A stretch of DNA of 64,000 nucleotides from Squalus acanthias (taxonomy: Eukaryota): contig CM059449.1 of the NCBI GenBank assembly GCA_030390025.1, positions 13,888,001-13,952,000 of the forward strand, in the 5' to 3' direction. The notes below the pieces were generated by a model, which worked only from the letters and a program-made list of their open reading frames with translations, did not search any database and was not told the origin of the DNA. Positions 25,853-38,869 of the stretch are shown one piece after another; the first letter of the stretch is position 1, and each line of letters opens with the position of its first letter. A program made the position numbers and the translations under genes.

Positions 25853-28612
25853 CTGCCACAATTGGAATGTACATAATAATTATCGCAGACGGATTAAAAT
25901 TAGTTTTAATTCCCAATACATATCAATACAACACCAGCAATTTGCAAGGCACTTGAGCTATGAGTAATCAGAAAAAGCATGCAGAGTTAAACCTAGATGT
26001 TGGAGATACAGTCTGACAGCATAAGGAGGGGTCGAGATAGGTAGTGGATGAGTAGAGCTGTAATTGGCATAAATATGGAAGCTGAATGCATAGATTCGAT
26101 GATGCCAACTCGGAGAAGGATAGAGACGAGGGAGCAAAGGATGGATCCTTTGGAGAATCCCAAGCTAACGGCTGTGGGTGGAAAAAGATACCATTGCTGG
26201 AGATGCTCTGGTTAAAATTAGATGCATTATTGTACAGCTAAGCAAGAGCAGTGCCATGGAGTTGAGCAATAGATAAGAGACATTGGAGGAGTATCGTGTG
26301 GTTGGTGTTTCAAAGTTTACAGAGAGGTCAAGCAGAACGAGGATGGATAACATACCATGGCCACAGTAGCAGAGAATGCTACTTGTGACTTTGGTCAGGG
26401 TCGTCTCAATGTTGTGGCAGAGGCAGAAACCTGATCTGAAGGGGAATGGGTACATATCTGGGAGGCGACAGCACTCTAAGGACCTTGGAGGGGAAAGGAA
26501 GGTTCAAGATGGGACATTACCTGGATAGGACAGACAGATCAAAGATACACTGCAGCAACTCACCAAGGCTTATTCAATAGCATCTCCCAAATCCGTGACA
26601 AGGGCAGTAGGCGCGTGGGAACAGCACCACCTCCAAGTTCGCCTCCAAGTCACACACCAACCTGACTTGGAAATATATCGCTGTTCCTTCATCATCGCTG
26701 GACCAAAACACTGGAACTCCCTACCTAACAGCACTGTGGGAATGCCTTCACCACATCGACTGCAGCGGTTCAGAAGGCAGCATCTCACCCCCACCTTCTC
26801 AAGGACAATTAGGAATGGGCAATAAATGCTGGCCTTGCCAGCGACGCCCACATACTGTGAATGAATAAAAAAGTGCGGGATCTTGAAAACGGGTAAAGGC
26901 AGCAGCTTTGAAAGGCAGGGCGACAGCCCCTGTGTAAATTAAGCCATTCACAATATTGGCCGTTGGGTGATCAGGAGTTTGATGGGAAAGAGGGTCAAGG
27001 GAACAGAAAGTAGGTCTCATGGATGAGATAAATTTGGAGGGAGTTTGAGGAAAAGGGCAGAAACTAGTGAGAATCCAGGTTTCAGGGCAATGATGGCGAC
27101 AGGACTGGGGGACATTTGTCTTAGTGGACAAGGGGAAGACAGGAGCAGCGAGGCAGCTGAACAGATGGTCTCTATCTTCGAGAGGAAGAAATGCGTGAGT
27201 TCCTCGCACTGGTTGTTAGAGATGGGAGAGGAGGCGGTGGTCAAAGTTGTTTAAGGTAGTAGAGAAAAGGAGCCTGCAGTTTTCTCTACCTTCCAGGATG
27301 ATCCGAGAGTAGCGGATGGTTTCTGCAGAGGAAAGCGAAGCCTGCAAGAGATTAATGCGGCAAGCCAGATCTGGGAATGGGTGGCTTATCCGGTTGAGTG
27401 CCCCTTGGACATAAAGAAACGAAGATGGGGCTCATACTAGGGGGATCAACTGGAATGAGATATTGTTACGATTGTACTGGGAAGAAGGGCACCAAATGCT
27501 GTCCATTGTGGGCATCCAGTCTTTCTGGGTCAGCTATAGTATAATAGGCTGCAAGGTGAATTTTCCTCTACGCTGCTTGTACAACGGCTCTACACACAAA
27601 GATCAGAAAAATGTCCCTTAACACTCCATTTCTGAACTTTTCTACTCTCGCACCTTATGACCTTTGTGACTGAGATTACCAAGTTAATACCAAATTGTGG
27701 TTTCATTGAGACGGTTTTGTTGCTGTGGTTCAATATCCTTTGGGATGTTATGAACCCTTACAACCAACATAGAGAGAAGCCTTTCAGCTCATCAGTCTGG
27801 GATGGCGTTGAATACAGGTCATAATGCTGGTGGCACCGCATCCCCTTAAACACAACTTTTAATGGTTATTACCTCTGGTTTCATTTTACAGGCAATTATA
27901 AGCACATCCCTAAAACATACGTAACAGGGGATAACCTTCACAAGCACATATAAGATATTGAAAATACGTAGAGAAAAGAACAATTCCATCACCGTTGATA
28001 GCAGTTGGCGATTTTTTTTTATTCATTCACGAGACGTGGACAGCGCCGACAAGGCAAGCATTTATTGTTCATCCCTAATTGCTCTCGAGAAGGTGGTGGT
28101 GAGCCACTTTCTTGAATACAACCGAGTGCTTGGGAGGTCATCTTAGAGGGCAGTTAAGAGTCAAACATATTGCTGTGGGTCTGGAGTGACATAGGCGAGA
28201 CATCCTTTCCTAAAGTACATTAGTGAACCAAAAGGGTTCTTCTGACAATCCAGTATTTTCATGGTCACCATGACTGATACTAGCTTCTTTCTTCCAGATT
28301 TAATTAATGCTTTTGAATTCAACTTCCTCGATTGCCATGGTGGGATTTGAATTCATGTCTGCATGGATTATTAGCCCATGTCTTCTAAATTACTAGTCCA
28401 GTAACATAACCAATATGCTACCGTACCCAATTACTGGAGCCTTATTGTACACCTGAGCCATTTGTCATTGCACATATAAAATATCTCATCATCTGATAGT
28501 TCTTACTTGTGTTGTTGGCTGTAGATCGGCATTTGCTGTGAAAAAGAGAGGGGAGACAATGATAGAGAATGTGTCAGAATTACACAATGCAAAACACATA
28601 CACACACACACA

Positions 28613-28644
<32 letters not shown>

Positions 28645-31600
28645 TACATAAACACTTACACACAATTACAAACATCCATACTCACAGACACATGCACACA
28701 CACATTCAAATATTTTTTTTAATCCGTTTTATGAGATGTGGGCGTCGCTGGCAAAGCCAGCATTTATTCCCCATCCCTAATTGCCGTTGAGAAGGTGGTG
28801 GTGAGCCGCCTTCTTGAACCGTTGCAGTCCGTGTGGTGAAGGTACTCCCACAGTGCTGTTAGGTAGAGAATTCCAGGATTCTGACCCAGCGACGATGAAG
28901 GATCGGCGATAAACTTCAAAGTCAGGATGCTGTGTGACTTGGAGGGGAACTTGGAGGTCGTAGTGTTCCCATGCGTCTGCTGCCCTTGTCCTTCTAGGTA
29001 GTAGAGTTCGTGGGTTTGGGAGGTGCTGCTGAACAAGCCTTCACGAGTTGCTGCAGTGCATCTTGTAGATGGTACACACGGCAGCCACAGTGCGCCAGTG
29101 GTGGAGGGAATGAATGTTTAAGGTGGTGGATGGGATGCCAATCAAGCTGGCTGCTTTGGCCTGGATGGTGTCGAGCTTCTTGAGTGTTTTTGGAGCTGCA
29201 CTCATCCAGGCAAGTGGAGAGTATTCCATCACACTCCTGACTTGTGCCTTGTAGATGGTGGCACACACACATACACACGCACACATCAGTAGAACCTGAC
29301 TGGAAATCAAATGATTTTGAATAAAATAACTTGTAAATGTACTTTTATATTCAGTTTGTTTTAATTAACCAGTAATAATGATAAATGTAAATTAATGCAA
29401 TTCAAGCTCCCTTACCATATATTGGATTGGCTTCACTTTGATTTCTGTAATAAGCGAGATGATATTTGAATTAAAAATTATACACATTATGTTCTGAATA
29501 ATCATCAATTCTATAGAAGTTAACATTCCCCGTACCTTTTCAGTCTCAGGATAACTGAAAGGAAAAGAAGAAAATTAATATTATTGTTGTAAAATAATGA
29601 CTTTGTGAAGCTATTTCTCGTTAAAATGTCAAAGAATTGCCCGTTGAAACATTAATGCATAGCGAGGATGGGAAGTTATTCTGGACAATATGTGCATTGG
29701 TATCATAATGTATTATGGAAATTTCCTCCTTTTATTATTTCTGGTGAAATCGTAAGGGTTGTTCATAATAACCCGATTCCGATTGCACTGGAATATTTGA
29801 CTCGCTCCATGAAACCATTCACTATATTGCTACCCATAGTGGCCAGAGTAATTCCCCCGCACTATAGCAAAAGTGTAATATTTAAACAGGTTACCAGTGT
29901 GTTTTGTAAAGATACAGACCTTTGTTTTGCCAGATCAGTCGAATTGTAAGAATTATGATGGTTGTAGCCAGCAACACCAGCGCACCTCCCAGTACAAGTC
30001 TCAGCTTAATACCCTCTCTCTTTTCATTATGTATTCTGCCTGAAATAAGGAGTTGAAGTCAGTATTATTAAATCTAAATCTGAAGACGCTGAGGAAAAAC
30101 GATTTTGCTTGCATTAAAACAAATAGCATGATTGTAAAAAAAAAAGTATTACAATGGAAAGAGAATGATTGCTAGGCTATTGTGCAACTATTGGCACTTC
30201 AATGATAAAAAGGACAATGTCAAGAAGCTTCTCTCAACCTCTATTGATTTTGTGCCATGTTCTCATTGCACTGAGATCCCGATATATCATTTTAATGGCG
30301 ATTCTTCAACGTTGAGCCAAGAGGGTGTGATTGGATATTTGACTCTACGCGGCATCACAACCCTGCTCAGCCAAGGCCCCATCGGCAGCACCTCCCAAAC
30401 CCGCAACCTCTACCACCTAGAGGGACAAGGGTAGCAGGCGCATGGGAACATCACCACCTCCAAGTTCCCCTCCAAGTCACACACACCTTCCTGACTTGGA
30501 AATACATCGGCCATTCCTTCATCGTCGCTGGGTCAAAATCCTGGAACTCCCTCCCTAACAGCACTGTGGGAGCACCTTCACCGCGCGGACTGCAGCAGTT
30601 CAAGAAGGCGGCTCACCACCACCTTCTCAAGGACAATTAGGGATGGGCAATAAATGCTGGCCCACATCCCGGAACAAATATTAAAAAAGGTAGACACTTT
30701 GTGCATGCGCTGGATGGCAGCACAGGCGGTATCGCATCGGTCACCTGTTATAGGCTCAGCCCCATATTCATTTCCACTGACTTGAATGGAACGGAATATC
30801 TGTCAAGCGGTACAACGGGCAGCTGACGCAAATCCGCCTGTTCTGCGTCCAATTTCATCCCCTGATGCCCACAGCAGAACAAGCAACTTCCAGGAGGAAA
30901 AGATTTGTGAATGAGGAGGAGGAGCGAGTTGAGATGGTATTCCCCATCCCCGGTGTCCAGTATGCTGGGGTCAGCTAGCCAATCACAGTCCTGAAATTGA
31001 TCCAAGGATCGCCCTGCTCTGTGTGAATAGAAAATTAGAACACGTGCTTTGGAAACGATTATTTTTTAAGTTGCTACTTACGTCTCACTTCCAATTTGGT
31101 GCCATTTCCGTCTGTCGCTCCTACTCCCATTAAGGTTATCCGGCAGTAATAGGTGTCTGAGTCTTTCTCAGTCAAGTTGGAGATTTTAATGAAAATTCTA
31201 TTGTTGGCAAATGACTCGCGATCCGATCTCTGAAGCCGTCCTCTGTAAAACGGACTATCGTCCAGTTTGTACCCATTTGGTTTACCCCGTGTCCAATGAG
31301 CTGAGCCCATCGGAGATAGGTTTCCTTCAGAAGCCACGGCACAGTTCAGTGTCACTGACTCCCCCTCTGTCGCATTTATAAAGGGAGGGAGCTGGTAAAC
31401 GGCGATATTCCTCGTCCCACCTGCTGAAAGGTAAAGCGGATAAGTACTAAAATCCACACCTGTCTAACATTGATCGGCATTTTTGTCGGTAAAGGTAATT
31501 CTCATTCCACATGATATAGAAACAGAGATAAAACGTAAAGCAGCGAACACTGGAACCGTGAAACACACTAACTACACACACAGAAAGTGCTACAAATATA

Positions 31601-33309
31601 TAGCAAGTCAGCCAGGGTTGGAAAGGGAAAGACAGGCTAATGCTTGGTTGTCCTGCTCCGCCTCGCTGCCTCCACTACCACTTGCCCAGCGTCACTCAGC
31701 AGCGGGGATTACCCGCCAGCCGCAAAAAATCAAGAGCTGAACTAATACAATGCGATGGCAGATCGATTACCTGCGATCGATTACCTGAGCCATACGACAT
31801 CCATAGTTTCATTGTCCTCTTTCATTCAGCAGCTGTTTTCTAATTGCAGTTGCTTTCGACCAAAGCGGGACAAGGAGAGAGATTGTGAGTCAGACAGACA
31901 GGAGAACAGAAAAGAGCAATGGACAGAAGCAGAGTGAAGGGCCGAGAAAAGGAATTGGAGCGAATGCTGAGACGCCAATGAGAGAAGGTGGTTGAGGATC
32001 AGAGCGTGGAATTGAGAAAGGGATAGCAGGAGAGAAAGAACAAGGCAGAGGGAAGGAAAGGGGAGATAAACGGGGGGAAAGCAGTGAGATAGCTAGAGGA
32101 AGTAGTACAACATTATTATTTTAATTTGGAGTTTGAACAACGCGGAAGATGAATGATTTGTTCTGAGACTGAGAAGTGGCCGTTATTCGGATGCAATCAA
32201 CCGGATCGGGCGAAAGATCCTGGTTTAGCGAGAACATTTTGTGGAGCATCTCAAGGAAAAGGCTCATATTGTGAGGATGTTGGCTGATGACTGCACGGTG
32301 TTCAGTTCAATTCGCAGCTCCCCAGATAATGAAGCAGCCCCTGCCCGCCTGCAGCAAGACCCGGGCATAATGCAGGCTTGGGCTGATAAGTGGCAAGTAA
32401 CATTCGCGCCACACAAGTGTCAGCGCCGCCCACATCCCGTGAATGAATAAAAAATTCCGATTACGCAATAATAATCACACTCGCATTGATAAAGAAAAAA
32501 AAGCTGAATTTGTATGCGCCCTGTCTTATCGTCGAAACATATCAAAGTGCTTTCAGTTACTTTCTGGAGAGCAACCATTATTGTTATGAAAGCATTGGCG
32601 GAAGGATCGAAAACCAGAGGACAGCGATTTAAGCTGATTGGCAAAAAAAACAAAGGCGACATGAGGAAAAACGTTTTTACACAGTGAGTGGTTAGGATCT
32701 GGAATGTACTGCCTGAAAGGGAGGTGGAGGCAGATTAAATCGTAGCTTTTAAAAGTGAATTGGATAAGTACCTGAAGGAAAAAAAGTGCTGGGCTATGGG
32801 AAAAGGGCGCGGGAGTGGGACAAGCTGAAGTGCTCTTACAGAGGGCCGGCACGGGCTCTGCGGACCGAATGGCCTCCTTCTGTGCTGTAACCATTCAATG
32901 ATTCTATGATTCTAAAGATACGGCGGGAGATCGGGAGAACCTGGCGGAAATGTTGCCCCATATGCGCTCAAGTCTAGAACATACTGTAACTGTGCTTAGA
33001 GGAGGATGGACCGGTGCTAAGCACAGTTTCACCGCTATTTCATGGTTTTTGCGAAAATTGTAACTAAGTTGCAGAAATAAAACATGTTAACAGACAGCAC
33101 CCATTAGCGTTTTTTGTGGTTACCTCAAATTAAATAATTTCCAATTCGAAGCTGAAAAAAAAGTCCAATTTCTGCAAAAGGTAGAATTTAAATCGACCCT
33201 GTTCTCTAGCCTGTGACTTTATCCGTAACGGTCACAAACCAATTAACTCACCCGTGCATGTTGCAAAGAGAATCAGCTGCATTAAGGCGAGCTGTTGAGT
33301 TAACAGCAT
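25744..33309 (-). CDS. NCR3: NKp30/NCR3-like receptor, copy B (inhibitory-type). Exons 33309-33252, 31423-31082, 30039-29920, 29554-29536, 29444-29416, 28535-28507, 27909-27890, 27756-27691, 25852-25744; ~263 aa
   Basis: 792-nt spliced ORF. Tail reads QNKVILRLKRNQSEANPIYANADLQPTTQGCAYNCLVHNIPKDIEPQQQNRLNETTICDEAVSLHYAKVNTKQEGKTSRMDMQVHHVEYATIR*. The 20-nt exon (donor CT|GTAAAA) and the 66-nt exon are the least certain. Confidence 0.68.
29920..30039 (-). CDS. copy B stalk/TM exon
   Basis: RRIHNEKREGIKLRLVLGGALVLLATTIIILTIRLIWQNK; 12 nt longer than copy A. Confidence 0.85.
31082..31423 (-). CDS. copy B VJ-type Ig V-set exon
   Basis: Within ORF 31074-31457; 13 aa differences from copy A over ~114 aa; same splice sites. 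Confidence 0.92.
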
Positions 33310-34917
33310 CTTCGGTGCACACGCGGAGAGGTTGGAAAGAATAAGCCCAGGGGCGAGCAAAGTTAGAAAGGAGAGCGGCGTCGTCAGCACCAGCCACATA
33401 AAGGGTGAATGGAATTATTTTGCGGTCTCCACGTTGACAACACAGGATGCACACACTTCAGCTGTTACACAGAATTAAATGGTGTTCGTCTTTAAAGCCG
33501 CACTTTTTGTTCTAGCGTTCGGGAATTGTATAAAAAAATACAGTGTTGATGGTGTCTGATAAGTACACAGCATAAGAAATGAAAGTCTGGTCGCTAGTAC
33601 CAAGTATCCATGCTGCAGTATCCGCGGTTCGAATCTTAGACTGCAGATAGAACCTCCCCCCCAAACTACACCTTGTTCAGTGACGATTGCCTTGAAGATG
33701 AATAAAGGTGAGGAAAGAGACGACTAGTTGGTTTGCAGACTAGTTGGTTTCCATTCTGCTAATCCTGGTTCTGTGAATTCAGCAACAGTTGTGAGCAAGG
33801 TAACACTTATGATCGTCTGCTGGGGCAAGCCAAGGCCACGTGTCAGCCGTCAAACATCTAGACAGGAACCCAGCTCCTGTACAGCATTGCATAACTGAGG
33901 CAACTTTCGACCACTTCACTCCAAACCAAGATGCAGATGGAATCATGTTGGATGGTGAGACGTGCTGTCGATTTTTTTGTCTTATAATACTCCTGTGAAG
34001 CGCCTTGGGACGTTTTACTACGTTAAAGGCGCTATATAAATACAAGTTGTTGCTGTCTGAATACAAATCAGTTACTGAGTATGGTAATTTTATTTAATTC
34101 GTTCATGGGATGTGGGCGGCGCTGGCAAGGCCAGCATTTATCCCATCCCTAATAGCCCTTGAGAAGGTGGTGGTGAGCCGCCTTCTTGAACTGCTGCAGT
34201 CCGTGTGGTGATGGTAGTCCCACAGTGCTGTTAGGGAGGGAGTTCCAGGATTTTGACCCAGCGACGATGAAGGATCGGCGATATATTTCTAAGTCAGGAT
34301 GGTGTGTGACTTGCAGTGGCACTTGGAGGTGGTGCTGTTCCCATGTGCCTGCTGCCCTTATCCTTCTAGGTGGAAGATGTCGTGGGTTTGGGAGGTGCTG
34401 TCGAAGAAGCCTTGGCGAGTTGCTGCAGTACATCTTGTAGATGGTACACACTGCAGCCACGGTACGCCGGTGGTGGAGGGAGTGAATGTTTAAGGTGGTG
34501 AATGGGGTGCCAATCAAGTGGGCTGCTTTGTCCTGGATGGTGTCGAGCTTCTTGAGTTTTGTTGGAGCTGCACTCATCCAGATAAGTGGAGAGTATTCCA
34601 AAACGCTCCTGACTTGTGCCTTGTAGATGGTGGAAAGGCTTTGGGGAGTCAGGGGGTGAGACACTCGCCACAGAATACTCAGCCTCTGACCTGCTCTTGT
34701 ATTAATCACAATGAAATTAATATGAGACATTCTTTGTCGCTTTCTGCAGGCACAGCCGAGCTCCAGAACCCAATCGCTTATCTTACTTCTGTTTAACGAT
34801 CCACCTTGATACAGACGGACTGATGATTGACGCATATAATTCAGTTCTAAATTGTCAATCCTTTGTTCCCCTGTGTATATCTAAGCAGTAAAGCACACCT
34901 ACAGCTCGCATACAAAG

Positions 34918-35390
34918 CCAGAAATGCGAGGGTATACATATCAGGAAAGGATGAACAGGCTGGGTCTCTTTTCTTTTGAAAAAGAAGGCTGAGTGGGTGA
35001 TATAATAGAGGTCTTTAAAATTATGAAAAGTTTTCAAAGAGTGGATACAGAGAAAATGTTTCCACTTGTGGGGAAGAGCATAACTAGAGGACATCAATAT
35101 AAGATAGTCACCGAGAAATCCAATAGGAAATTCATAAGAAACTTCTTTACCCAGAGAGTGGTGAGAATGTGGAACTCGCTACCACAGGGAGTGGTTGAAG
35201 CGAATATTATAGATGCATTTAAGGGGAGGCTAGACAAGTGTATGAGGGAGAAGGGAATAGAGGGTTATGCTGATAGATTTAGATGAGGAAAGACGGGAGG
35301 AGGCTCGTGTGGAGCATAAATGCCGGCATGGACTGGTTGGGCCGAATGGCCTGTTTCTGTGCCGTAAATCCTATGTAATCCTATGTAAAG
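34918..35390 (+). mobile_element. CR1 3' fragment (mirror of 640-1100)
   Basis: ORF 34993-35286; tail atcctatgta repeats. Confidence 0.85.
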
Positions 35391-36545
35391 AACTTCATAC
35401 AGCACTGCTGAAGCGTAATGCAACTGGGAGCTCGGAAATCTGTATAATATTTCGGCGAGGTAGAACTTTATCAGCCATGAATGAACGTGACACTCTTGCG
35501 ATTTGATGTATTGGTTAGTCGGCGTAATATGATTGTTCTTCTAGTCGATTTGCATCCTACATTTCAGAAAGCTAATATGGGTGTGGTTAATATTTGGCGA
35601 GGTGGAATAAAATATTGTGACATCCACCGCCCCCTCCCCGCGAGAAAACTGACATGCTATTGTGCCAATTTAACGGAAAAAAACAGTTGTGCTATATTCA
35701 GGTACCTATAATTGGTAGAAGGTTTAGAGGGGAGTTGAGGAGAACTCTGTTCACTCAGAGGGTGTTGGGAGTCTGAAACTCACTGCCTGAAAGGGTGGTA
35801 GAGGCAGAAACGCTCATCGCATTTAAAAAAATGTTTGGATATGCACTTGAAGTGTTTAACCTACAGGGATACGGAGCAAGAGCTGGAAAGTGGGATTAGG
35901 CTACATAGTTCATTTTCAGCCGGCACAGACAAAATGGGCCGAATGGCCTCCTTCAGTGCCGTAAATTTCTAGATTTTTTTTAATGATTCTGCGCTCAAAT
36001 ATCATTGTATTTCACTTGCAGCGGATTGGTTAACGGAAATCGCGGCTATGTTGCCAGCAAATTTCCATCCGTGGATGCAAATACAAATGCGTCACCAAAT
36101 AGGTATCTGTATATAAGTTGGTGAAAAATAACTAAAAATAATGAAATGAAATTTATCGTGAATATCGTATTGCGTTCACAATTGGTCCCACTGCAGGACA
36201 AGTCCAGTAAAGGCAGCTTATCTTCAAACGTGTTGACCAGCGAATTGACTGAATTGAAATGTTGCTGATGTTTAAATTCCCACGTATTTCTCACACACTA
36301 ACTTATTTATGTCTGCAAGCCTTGTAAACCGAGCCGTGTGCATGCGGTTAATTTACCGCATTACGTGACTGAGTTCACATTGACACCGAGTCATTGCAGG
36401 CTGTGCTCTGCTGGGGATGTTAGTTATTTATAATACTCTTAATTGTGTCCGCTCATTGAACCAATTATCAGCCGGAAAGTATCTAACCGAAAGAGCTCAA
36501 CTCTAACTAAATACAATTGTACACCAAGTTCAGCTACCTGCAACT

Positions 36546-37510
36546 CATAAGAACATAAGAACATAAGAAATAGGAGCAGGAATAGGCCACTTGGCCCCTC
36601 GAGCCTGCTACGCCATTCAATAAGATCATGGCTGATCTTGAGCTAAAAGCAACTTCCCTGCCCGCTCCCCATAACCCTTCACTCCCTTATCTTGCAAACA
36701 TTTGTCTATCTCCACCTTAAATCTATTTAATCACCCAGCCTCCACAGCTCTCTGGGGCAGAGAATTCCACAGATTTATGACCCTCTGAGAGAAGAAATTC
36801 CTTCTTATCTCAGTTCTAAAAGGGCGACCCTTTATTCTAAAACTGTGCCCCCGCGTTCTAGATTTCCCCACGAGGGGAAACATCCTCTCCACATCTACCT
36901 TGTTGTGCCCCCTCAGTATATTACATGTTTCAATAAGATCACCTCTCATTCTTCTAAATTCCAATGAGTATAGGCCCAGCCTGCTCAACCTTTCCTCATA
37001 AGTCAACTCCCTCATCTCTGGAATTAACCTAGTGAATCGTCTCTGAACTGCCTCCAATGCAAGTATATCCTTCCTTAAATAAGGAGACCAAAACTGTACA
37101 CAGTACTCAAGGTGTGGTCGCACCAATACCCTGTACAGTTGTAGAACGACTTCACTGCTTTTATACTCCAACCCCTTTGAAAAAAAGGCCAACATTCCAT
37201 TTGCCTTTTTGATTACTTGATGTACCTGCATGGTAACCTTTTGTGTTTCATGCACAAGGACCCCCAGGTCCCTCTGAACTGTAGCATTTTGCAGTCTCTC
37301 TCCATTTAAATAATATTTTTATATTTTTCCTGCCAAAGTGTAGAACCTCGCACTATCCCACATTATAATGCATCTGCCAAATGTTTGCCCACTCACTTAG
37401 CCTGTCTATATCCCATTGCTGGTTCTTTGAGTCCTCTGCACAACTTGCTTTCCCACCCATCTTTGTATCATTCGCAAACTTGGCTACATTACACTCGGTC
37501 CCTTCATCCA
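36546..37510 (-). mobile_element. CR1 3' fragment
   Basis: ORF 36731-37255; tail (cataagaa)n. Confidence 0.88.
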
Positions 37511-38869
37511 GCTCAAAAAATCATTCTCGGGATGCAGGCATCGCCTTTAGTGCCCATCCCTGGTGTCCTTGAGAAGTTGGTGGTAGACCTCCTCGTTCAA
37601 CTGCTGCAATGTAGTCGCTTGATACAACTGAATAGCTTGTTAGGGTACTTCAGAGCGCAGTTAAGTGTCAGTCACGTTGGAGTGGGACTGGAGTCATATA
37701 TTGACCAGGTCAGGTAAGCATTCATTTCCTAAAGGACATTCCTGAACCAGTTGGGGGTTATTACGACAACAGCTTCATGGTCACTTTTACTGACACATTT
37801 TTATTTTCAGATTTAACAAAAAACTGAATTCAAATTCTCCATGGTGGGATTTCAACCAGGTAAAGACTCCATCCCTGAAGGACATTGGTGAAAGAATTGG
37901 GTTCATAGTCACTTTTACTGACACTACCTTTTATATTTTCAGATTTTTTTAAAAAAAATGGATACAAAGTCTCACTGTGGGATTTGAATTGCAAACTGCT
38001 ACTCGAGACCTTTGGATTACTAGTCCAGCAACATAACCACCACACTACCTTACCCCGCTGCTAGCTGTTCTGGAAGAGCTGATCCAGATTCTTGTTAAGT
38101 GCACAGAATTTGGAAATGGAAACTGTTCATTCCTTCATTCCACATTCCATATTTTGAACAGTTACCATTCATTCCATATTTTTGAACAGCTCTTCCTGAA
38201 GCTTTAAAGAATTAAGGGTCGCCCTTATAGAACTGAGATGAGGAGGAATTTAATCTCTCAGAGGGTCGTAAATCTGTGTAATTCTCTGCCCCAGAGAGCC
38301 GTGGAGGCTGGGTCATTAAATACATTTAGGGTGGAGATAGACAGATTTTTGCAAGAAAAGTGAGTGAAAGGTTATGGGGAGCAGGCAGGGAAGTGGTTCT
38401 GAGCTCAAGGTCAGCCATGATCTTATTGAATGGCGGAGCAGGCTCGAGGGGCCAAGTGGCCTATTCCTGCTCCTATTTCTTATGAACTTATGTTCTTATG
38501 TTTCTCAATCTTAAACATTCAGTCCAAACACACAATACCTTCCTGTGCAGCGGCGGACACAGTTGGGATACTGTTCATGTATCAGCCTGCGGTGTTTTAA
38601 TACTGTGGCGCCGGCTCCCCTCACCGTAGGTGTTATAACACAAGGGAGAAGATGTGTGTTTCTCCTGAAATCACAATCATAGAACTGCTTGTGACGCAAG
38701 TGAACGTCGCTCAGCTTACATTGCACGTCATGCAGCGGCAGCAGGTTGGGTCGAGCAGGCCCCGAAAGCAGCCTCACTGTTTATTGGATGAACTGCCGGC
38801 TTGTGCAATGTAAACAGGGTTCTTCCAGACTGGGACTCTGATCCCAGCTATGTGCCTCAGGCGTTGCAG

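Larger units (their letters stand above)
21151..35410 (-). repeat. inverted segmental duplication, arm 2
   Basis: Mirror of arm 1 with arm-specific TE insertions; ~1100-3360 has no counterpart. Confidence 0.9.

Noticed and set aside
27873-27909. Longer 37-nt version of the micro-exon using donor GAG|GTAATA
   Set aside because: It contains an in-frame TAA in the required phase, and the donor context differs in copy A.
28507-29444. Alternative tail frame EIKVKPIQYMQMPIYSQQH containing a CD28-like YxxM motif
   Set aside because: It needs A's 18-nt exon together with B's TAT codon, and neither copy has both. It would reach the ITIM exon without the 20-nt exon, so it remains a possible ancestral or recombinant frame and a caveat for the main model.
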